A stretch of DNA of 63,938 nt, the filler included, from Dugesia japonica (Eukaryota): NCBI GenBank assembly GCA_001938525.1. It is 6 parts of 6 records of this genome, joined end to end, with 100 filler letters (N's around TTAATTAATTAA, not from the genome) between each part and the next. Parts side by side here need not be neighbours in the genome. Positions count along the whole stretch, not along the records: positions 43,590 to 55,772 come from MQRL01497324.1; positions 55,873 to 63,938 come from MQRL01175006.1; 4 more parts are not named here. One strand, written 5' to 3'. Under the pieces are notes generated by a model, which saw only the letters and a program-made list of their open reading frames with translations, ran no database searches and was not told where the DNA came from. Position numbers and translations under genes: made by a program. Below, one piece after another: positions 52,056-61,277 of the stretch (positions within the stretch are counted from its first letter, which is position 1; every line of letters starts with the position of its first letter).

Positions 52056-52250
52056 ATGCCAACAGCACTAGGAATTAATCTGCGTTGGATCAAGAAACAA
52101 CGTAAGAGCTCTCGATTAAGGCAGTATTTGACCCACATACTATCACGATGGGTGGTAGAACATCCCTACGAGATGGATTTAGCGTATTTCGCCGAAATGT
52201 TTCCCCTGACGAATCATGTGGATTTAGATGCTGAAGATGAATCTTGTTAA
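52056..52250 (+). CDS. Unit B ORF1: intact 64-aa basic/acidic protein of unknown function
   Basis: ttttag|ttaATG; MPTALGINLRWIKKQRKSSRLRQYL...PLTNHVDLDAEDESC*; AATAAA 30 nt downstream. Confidence 0.65.
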   Translation: MPTALGINLRWIKKQRKSSRLRQYLTHILSRWVVEHPYEMDLAYFAEMFPLTNHVDLDAEDESC

Positions 52251-52388
52251 GAACCCCTATCATGTTATTAATTGTTTAAAATAAAACTTTGTATGAATAG
52301 CCGTGTAGTTTTGGGAGGTGACAATTTTTATTTGTTTTAATTTTAATGTGTTAAATTAAATCACTTTTCTTTATTCATTATCTGTAGA

Positions 52389-52736
52389 ATGGAATCCATA
52401 TGGGAGAGGATTATCGACCGTTGAACTCGGCGTATCGTTTTTCGACCCCATAAGAACCCACATAGTTGAGATGCGGGTATTCTAGCCAACCAGTTTAACC
52501 TACCTCCAGTAGAAGCCATGGTAGCCCGAATACAGGAATTTGGTGAGGGGCAAAGCTACCAAAATTGGACGGGGCCCGATCGGAGCCTAGTAACTCCCTT
52601 CCAATATCAACGTCCAGCCCTACCCCCAGCTGTGCAGGCGTTCATCACCAATTTACTCTTGGGTGTAGGGGAACCCTCGGATGCCGAGGACTCGGAAAAC
52701 ACCGCACCCGTAATTGACACTACAGTTAACCCATAG
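52389..52736 (+). pseudogene. Unit B ORF2: unknown protein, decayed 5' half
   Basis: tgtag|aATG; MESIWERIIDR*TRRIV...THIVEMR...LPPAVQAFITNLL. Confidence 0.55.
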
Positions 52737-52960
52737 TGTTCTATATGGTTTAAAGTTTTGTTTTAATAAAATGTATCGTCGTTTCTGAGGCTTATAATAA
52801 AATCTTTTTCTGGTTATTGGTTTGCTTTTCCGTTAAAGGAATAAATATCTGTAATGACTAGTGAATGCCCAATGAGTAACACCAGGTGCGAGAAGTTAGC
52901 GCAATTTACTAGTTCTTTATTTAGTACTGTTTTAATTTCATTTAATGGTATATATTCTAG

Positions 52961-53114
52961 TGCATTCCTCTTTGAATCGCACGGCTGTCCCAACTAAGAA
53001 AATCAGGGAGTCTAGTGAAGATTTGGATATGACCTGGGACGTGTATAAACTTTCTTAGCATCAACCCTCGAGCCATTAATGGTTGATAAGGGTAATCAAA
53101 CATCGCGATCCTGA
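52961..53114 (+). pseudogene. Unit B ORF3 (internally deleted)
   Basis: ttctag|TG CAT; HSSLNRTAVPTKKIRESSEDLDMTWDVYKL...LEPLMVDKGNQTSRS*. Confidence 0.6.
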
Positions 53115-53220
53115 TATCTGTTGATCTACAAATAAATGATTCTTGTTTTATGATTAATTTCTTCTCTCTGAATTATTTGCTAAACTAACTTTTACCTATT
53201 TTAAGAAAATAAATGATCTA

Positions 53221-55043
53221 ATGATATCTCTTACTTTAGTGCCACACATTGTCTTTCCCAATAGCCAATCACGAAAACTGTTATTTCCAAGAATAACAAA
53301 ATTCACAGAAAATGATGATGAAGGTCCAATAGCGTGATTGAAAAGAATTGAAACGTTCTCAGCCACAAATAACTTCGACCTCATGTCAACTTTTGTTTTT
53401 TATTAGAATGCAACTCTAAGGATTTATGGCTAGCTTGTAAATCACGAACCAAAATGGATGACAAATCAACAAGAGATTGGTTCAAATTAAAGTTCGTCAA
53501 AGATAAATCTTTTTTACCAATGATTGAAAATTTCAGTATAATCAGTCAAAAGACTGATGAAAGATATGAAAATTTCGAATTACGAGTAACAAGATCTCAG
53601 AAGGAAATATTCGAATCCGAATTATCAATGGAAGAAATTATGAAACAAGTAATTCAGAAAAGAGTAAAGTTCGGTGAGTCACAGATAAATTAGTTGACTT
53701 ACTCAGAAGTGGCAGCTACAAGGTACAATCCGAGAATTAAGAAAACTGATTTTAAAAGTTCTATCTATCATAAACGTAGGAATAATGAAATTGAAAAATC
53801 ATCTCTAATTGCTGAAAAATTTAATAATTCCAAAAACAGCAGAGAAGGTCAATTTAGAAATATGCCAACAGTTTCCATGAAATTTATTGCAAGGAAATTG
53901 TACAATAGATCAAAAGGACTCCCTCCACCAAAGGAAGCATAATTGAAAAAAGGCTCATGTTTGTGCTGTGGTCTTTACATACGTAATAACTGCCATCTTA
54001 AATCATGTTGCNTAATTTGCGGTAAAACGAGTCACTGTTTTAGAAACGGTCGATTACTCGGAAATCAGATGCATTACAACAATAATTGCGTGAAATGCAT
54101 TTCAGAAGAAAATGACAATGTGGATGAAAGAAATAAAGATTTAAAGATGATCAATCATGATGTAAGCTATTTAAACGAAAGAGACTCGATTGTTTCAATT
54201 TCGTTGATGGAGTCAATAAAATAAAAACTGAAATACAATAAAAACTATAAACGGGATTCTCAGCAATAGAAATCATTTATTGAAGGAAGATAAATATTTA
54301 CGCAAAGAACACAGCTTTGGATAGGACAAAATTAAAAATAAAGCTTACGATAATATTAAATGAGCATCGCAGACAATGATAAATTTAGGAAATAACCGTG
54401 TTAGTGTCGAATTCGAAATAGGTAACGACGTGCTAATAAGGAAAAACCTTCAAAAACGGAAGAAAAATGATTTACTCTATGAAGGTCCTAAAAATTTACT
54501 AACTTTCTAAAACCTCACCAAGTTCGGTTAGAAACACTACAAAGTTCCAGATTTAGAAGAATCGAATGGTTAAAGAGATGTAGTTTTTATGAAAAGGGGG
54601 GAAATAATTACAAAAACTGAAAAATTGTTTAAATACTGTGTTTTAGGATTTAGTTATATTTTGAACTTATTGAATAAATTTGAATATTGAATAAATATTG
54701 AATAAATTTAAAACTTTTGATTTAACTTAACCGAATATGTTGCTTTAGTTATGTATGATGTTTGTGTTGTGCGTTTGAGTAGGTCTGCGTAGAAGTTCAT
54801 ATATGTTAATTTGGTTCTCATTTTTCGCAACTTATTTACAAATGCACTCTTTTATGGTCTGTTAGTATAAATAACAATTGAAAATTTTATTAGTTATCAT
54901 TTTTATAGTTAACTGTACCGTCTTGGTCTTTTGATGATCAAAGACTATGTAAATAAAAAATAGTAACTGGAATAAACGCTTATTGTAATTTAGTTATCCA
55001 TATGTTGAGATACCTTGGGGGATTTGACCAAGATAAGTCAACA
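53221..55043 (+). mobile_element. Internally deleted Ty3/Gypsy element: gag relic, integrase C-terminus, PPT and 3' LTR
   Basis: Gag-like KFTENDDEGPIA*LKRIE; zinc knuckles CLCCG...C and CxICGKTSHCFRN; integrase tail FEIGNDVLIRK...YEGP; PPT GAAAAGGGGGAAA at ~54591; LTR-like segment with TATAAATA and AATAAA ending AACA at 55043. Confidence 0.78.
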
Positions 55044-55872
55044 ATGCGTGAGTTTAATGTTCAAGTAATTAAGAAAATCCCAATATATTATTGTCAATAT
55101 TATATCCTATATATCTTACAATATTTAGTATAGATACAATAATATTGATTATAAATATAGTATATAGTAGACCTTATTAAAATAACTAAAGTTTACTTTT
55201 AACAAATATTTTTATTATAGCTTAATTCTCAATATTACAACTAAAACGTTTTATATATTTTTTCTTTCAGTTGTATATCTGTTAAACAAGAGTTTTTTGG
55301 TGGTTCAAACTGAATTTATTGACAGTATTTTTACTAAATTTTGAGGAAATAATTAAATCACATTTACATATGAAAACCATAAAAATTTAATAATTACACA
55401 AAAATTTTATAATTACTGATAAAATTTTCATAAAATTTTCAGAAAATTTTAGTAATAAAAATGTTGGGGTTTTATCTATGTGGGAGATAAGTCTAGGGTA
55501 ATTGGAATAATAAAACCCCGCTAAGAGTTTAATCTGGTGTCCCTCAAAATTTCCCGATCTTTGGAATGGAGCCGTTGACTCGAAATCCGATTACAAACCC
55601 GCATTCCTTTGATTTGGGTTCCTATTTCATGACACTCGCTTGATTTTTGATTATGCATATTTAGCTGAGTTTATTTAATTACTACTTTAGTTTAAAAATC
55701 AATACCTTAAGTTTTAAAGTTATCAAGAACAAAAAATTTTAAAAAGTGAAAATTATATTCGATTATCCAAACNNNNNNNNNNNNNNNNNNNNNNNNNNNN
55801 NNNNNNNNNNNNNNNNTTAATTAATTAANNNNNNNNNNNNNNNNNNNNNNNNNNNNNNNNNNNNNNNNNNNN

Positions 55873-56885
55873 TACGATTTATTGTTTCAAATGAATATGA
55901 TCAGCAAATTGATGCAATCGAAAGACATGCAATTTGACATTGCACTGGAATGTATAAAAAGTGCAAAGAGTTAATTAAAAAATACAATGAAAATGGATTT
56001 GTATCCGATAAAATTTCAGCCAGAGATGTATAGCTCAATAAATAGAGATGGATCCAGATGAAATCCTATTTCCAGCTGGCACAAGCTTCAGACGACGGAA
56101 AGTGCACAAACAGTTCGACTATGAAAATAAAGAAGAATCATTGACAGATTCAAAAGAAAAATATCGAGTGGAATTTTTTAATGTTTTGTTAGATCAAGCA
56201 GTTATGTTATTGACTGCACGTTTTGAGCAAATGGAACATCACTTTGGTCTTTTTGGATTTCTGCACAACATCAAAAAAATTGCAGAATTCAACCAAAACG
56301 ATTTGATGAAATGTTGCATGGATTTGAATATTGCACTCACCAATGTATCTGGTTCAGATATTGATCCGAAGGATTTATGTAGTGAATTTCAAATATTTTC
56401 CAACATTGTTCCAGATACTGTTTCGTCTTCTCTTGATGCTTTACATTTTTTATGATCATGGTTTAAATGTCGCTATAACCCTTCATATAGCATTGAAAAT
56501 TCCGATTACTGTTGCATCGGGGAAAAGAAGTTTTTCCAAGTTAAAATTAATAAAAAGCAATTTGAGAACTACTATCACGCAAGAACGTCTGACCAGTCTG
56601 GCAATGATATCTATCGAACGAGATATCGTCCAGTCTCTGAATTATTCACAATTTATTGAAGACTTTGCTGCCATCAAAGCACGAAAAGTTGATTTTTGTT
56701 GCAGGTTTATGACATCTGCACGAATATGTTTGTATATGTCAGCTACTTGTGGATTTAAATATAAATACAGGTAGTTTTTAATAAATTGCATTACTTTTTT
56801 TGTATTTATTATTTATTTTTCTATTTTACTTGGGACCACGAAATTAACTTCACCTAGAGCCTCCCATTACCTAAGGTCAGCTCTG
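55873..56885 (+). mobile_element. hAT transposase relic (ZMYM1-like), 3' half with TIR
   Basis: RKVHKQFDYE, ITVASGKRSFSKLKLIKSNLRTTITQERLTSLAMISIERD; end CCTAAGGTCAGCTCTG. Confidence 0.9.
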
Positions 56886-57801
56886 ACGTAACCATTGATT
56901 GTTTTACAGAATTCATTTAAAATGAAAGCTTCGATCAAAATTTGTTTTTTTGATTTTTGATAATAATTCTATATTTCGACTCTTTCTTCGTCAGGAATTG
57001 AGTTTTAAAAGTTGACTTTAATTATTTTTATTGAAGGAATGAGGAATAAAACAATATGGATGTACGGGTCCAGATGACGGATGAAGGGGGTAAGGAGTAG
57101 GAAATTATAGATACAGTGAATGGAAAGCAGTGAAAGAAGTAAGGAGATTGAGGTGGACGAGAAAGGTAAAGAAAGTAATGTGAGAAATTCATACAAAAAC
57201 TATTGGTGCCTGCAACAGAGAAGCCTTTTAAAGCTATATATTATGATATAGATCATAAGAGTATTCTCAGGGTTTTAATAGTTGTGAAGAACCGGAGAAA
57301 GACCCTTAGTAGGTTTTAAGGATTTTGCAGTGAAATTTATTTTTATGGAGGTAGTGATGAAAACTATGGCATGGATGACAGAGAAAAATGACGAAAAGGA
57401 TTTTTTAGTTGAGGCTAGTAGTGACGGAATTTATTAAAGGCATGGAAGTGGAATGTTTGTTGGAAATGGGTGCAGAATGTAGGATGAAGGAGTGCAAAAA
57501 AATTTGTGGTAGTGCAAGAAGTGATAGACATCGAGGAATTCTTTTTAAGCTTCTGGTTTAAATGGAATGTATATGAAATCTGCCAAGAGTGTTGGCAGAG
57601 AGATATTTTTGAGATAGAGGCAAAATTTAGCAGAAATAACGGAGAGGAATTGCTAGTGGTGGTCATGGAGTTTTGTTAACTGGTATGAAGACAAGAAATT
57701 AGAAGAGATTTGCAGAAGCAATATAAATGTGTTCATGATTGAGACGCCAGACATCGAAAAGACGAACTATATGAAACATAATTTCCACAACAAGAGTCCT
57801 G

Positions 57802-60152
57802 AGTAGGTAGATAGTAGCGAATAAAAACATTTGCAGTTATCGCGCACCCCTTGAGGGCTCGTAAACACATTAAAATTGTGCTATGATTTTTGTGCTATGA
57901 TTTTTTGGTTAGTTTTATTTCCTCTGTGAGTCTTCCATTTTATTTTATGAGGAAAGAATCAACAATGATCAGTTTTATACTTTATATCAACAAATTACAA
58001 CACTCAGATCCAATGCGACTTTACATTGACTCATTCGGTGCAGTTGTTGTCTGCAGATTGTAAAGCAACCGATCATCCATAAACTTCATACTTTATATTT
58101 ACTCCTCTATTTCTTCTTTTCTAGATCACCAATATTTCTCATCNNNNCACAAGTTATAAAGTTTTCCATATTTTTGAAAGCACTTTATCGCTGAAAATCC
58201 ACAGTTATATAAACCTTTATCCACAAAAGTACTATTAAATTCGATTGATTGTAATAATTTCCTATTTTGTAGATGAATCACCTCCTTGCCACCGAAAAGT
58301 GATCTAGTAATTTGGATGGTGTAGAAAATTTGCTTTTTAATTGGACAACTTAGTGTTAAAAAGTGCCTATACATTGTCTAAAGAACTAGTACGCAAATAT
58401 ACTTCATTCTCGGTGGAACTGGTGTTCAGCATTATATCAGACCGCCTCCTTAACACTTCGATGGCTTAGAAAATTTTTGATTCCAACCGATATCATTTAA
58501 AAGTAGGTAGATAGTAATCATCTGAAAAAAAGGCATTTCAAGCATGTCTTAATTTAGTTTCAAAACTTTTGTATTAACGTTCCTCAGTTATGCGGTATTG
58601 TACAGGTATTGTCATGGTATTGTTTGATGCGTAATGACGTGACGGATCTCATTTTATCAACTATCTTTAAAATTGTTCTCTATTAACTGTTCTCTATTAA
58701 AAATTCACATCAATACTGCAGATAAAGTTTTTGTATTTTTAATTCGGTTCAATATCGTTTTGACAGTCTATATCCGAATGGTTTATGCAATTCCTGGCTT
58801 TTACCTTACCATGAATGTAACATCAACTTTTTTGTAAGTAAGTAGTTCCAACCAACTTCTCTAATTATGGAATCATGTTGTTCGAGCACGATTAATTAAA
58901 ATTGGCTTAATTTTTTTCAACATACGGTATTTTTCTAATTTTTCTTCGATTCAGTTTATCTTATGGTCTTTGTTTCATGTTGGTCCATTTGTTTTCAATT
59001 GTACATCTTCAGTTCAACTCTCTTTAATAGTTCTTAGTTTTATGACCATCTCTATTTCATCGTTTACACAATATTTCTTTACATAGTCTTCCTTTCTACA
59101 ACGAAAAATGTGTCGTATCTTTATTTGTGATATGACCAGCACACTAACTTTTTTTTTATTGAACAATCTATCTTTGTGTAATATTCGCGCATCATTTGAC
59201 GTTCTTCTCTCGCACGTTGTGGCACTTTGAAGCTCTGTTCTATTTTTAGACTGACGCTCAATTTGTGTTTTCAACCTATAGTGATAAGGACTTATCGTCA
59301 TTCTGTCGAGATGCTTTGGGGATTGTTGCCAAAGCAAATCAGCAATTGCGTGATTTTATAGTTATTCTAATATTATACAATCCAACAATATATTATTATG
59401 ATGTGATGACTTTATACTTATCTTAATATAGCTAATATATATAATTAATATTTTTGTAAATAAGCTATATAGTTGACTTATTTGAAAATAATAAAATTCA
59501 ATTATTACTTTTTAGGGCTGGTACCAATTAAAATTTTCTTGTTTGATTAATCGATTAATTTCGATTAATTATACATACATAATGCACTCATAAAAGTCAT
59601 CATATGTAATAACACGACAACTTAGTAAAATTAAATTGTAGCAGTGCCCTAAATGGCATAGATCCATCAACCCACTACAAACATACAACCTCCAAAAACA
59701 AACACCCCACGATAACTCATACGATTGTGCTGATGCACTGCCATAGTCCTAGGACAAACCATCCATTCAACCTCATAAGTTTTTTAGACAATATATAGAC
59801 CAAATATTTGTCCAACAACAATCAAATCTTAAAAACTTCAAAAAAATTATTTCCAAGATTTCCAGCTCCAACTCGAGTCCAAATTCCTTCTTTCACACAC
59901 ACACAACCACACACACAAACTCAACTTGATCAACTTTTTAAAAACCACCTTAACAACCCAAACACACACAAATTCTTAAATAAAAAAATACACACACACG
60001 TCCAGGATAAAAAATATGATCCGATCAAAAAAATTTTTTTCTCAAAAATCATAGCACAAAAATCATAGCACAATCGTAATGTGTTTCCGAGACCCCACCA
60101 TGGGGCGTGCACGATAATCGCAAATGTTTTGATGCGCTAATATCTACCTACT
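57802..60152. mobile_element. Element bounded by ~105-bp imperfect inverted repeats beginning AGTAGGTAGATA (Polinton-like, non-autonomous or two facing ends)
   Basis: 57802-57907 is the reverse complement homolog of 60052-60152 (shared AAACATTTGC, GCAC-CCC, AAACACATT, TGTGCTATGATTTTTGTGCTATGATTTTT); flanks GTCCTG and GCCCCG. Confidence 0.6.
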
Positions 60153-61277
60153 GCCCCGATTAATGTAAACACAGACAAATTTGAAAAGTAAAATCTAGGA
60201 GGTGATCAGGAACATGTTTGATAACATAATTATAAAGCGTTGTAACTAGCAATGGAACACGTCACTAGTGTCTGTTTGAATAAAAGATCAGACAAAGATT
60301 CAACTATACCTGGATTTCCGGAGATTGAATGTGACTACCAAAAAATAAGCATTTTATGTCAATCTTAGCAGAGATACTGGATACATTGAACAAGCTGCGT
60401 AGTTTTGAGCTCTTTCATCCTGAATAAAGCGTAGTAGTAGGTAGAACTGAAAATTCGGTCGAAAAAGGAAATGGCGTTTGCAACAAAACAGAGTGGTTTT
60501 TCACTAAATATTGCGGTTTGATTGAAAATTGAGTGAATTGATAGGGAAAACCTGTAAATACTCAAACAAAGACATATACATACAACATGGTCACACGCAT
60601 GCAAGACACAGCAATCAACCATCAACAACAACTTGTTCAACAATTCAAGATCAATTCAATCATCCAGCAACTCGTCAATCAATCGATCAATTCATTCAAC
60701 AACTCAAGATCAACGCAATCATTCGAACTTTATCTGACTTCATAACTTTAATTGATTGCTACACTTATTTTTGTGATTCAATTTTATGACTTTTTGTGTA
60801 TAACTTTTATTATTTATTTTATATGTACAAATTGCTATCAAATTGTATTATGCACAAATCGTATAGTGAAGTTCCATTTTTTCAAATTTTTATTTTTATT
60901 GTCGAATTTTCTTAATTATTATCAACTGTTATCGATTTAATTGCAAATTTTATAAATATTGGAAATTTAAATCAAATTGCATTATTGAATTATTTACAAG
61001 GTAAATTTTATATTTAATAAGTGTATATTTTTACAAATAATGATTTTGTAATTCACATGGTAAAATTTTGTCAATATTTTCCCTTTTACGTACAATCTAT
61101 GTATTCTATGCATACAACCATTAGTATAAATAGTGGCCTTAAAGTCATTATTTTCGCCCTTTTTAAATTACTTGATGCGAGTTAAAACCTAATTTGGTTA
61201 CAACTCAAAGTAATAAATTAAAAACGTCTAATAAGACTGGACTTAATTTTGTTAAAAATATAACTTATAAAAGTAAT

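Larger units (their letters stand above)
49899..53140 (+). mobile_element. Giant LTR-like unit B (diverged paralog of unit A)
   Basis: Starts TGTTGGGGTGAA; CCAAT at 50518/50527/50565, TATA at 50600, donor at 50965; acceptors at ~51235, 52052, 52387 and 52960; AATAAA at 52280, 52765 and 53131. Confidence 0.65.

Noticed and set aside
45805-53140. Units A and B as the 5' and 3' LTRs of one element
   Set aside because: Only ~450 bp apart, far too diverged, and no PBS or PPT between them; better explained as independent family members.
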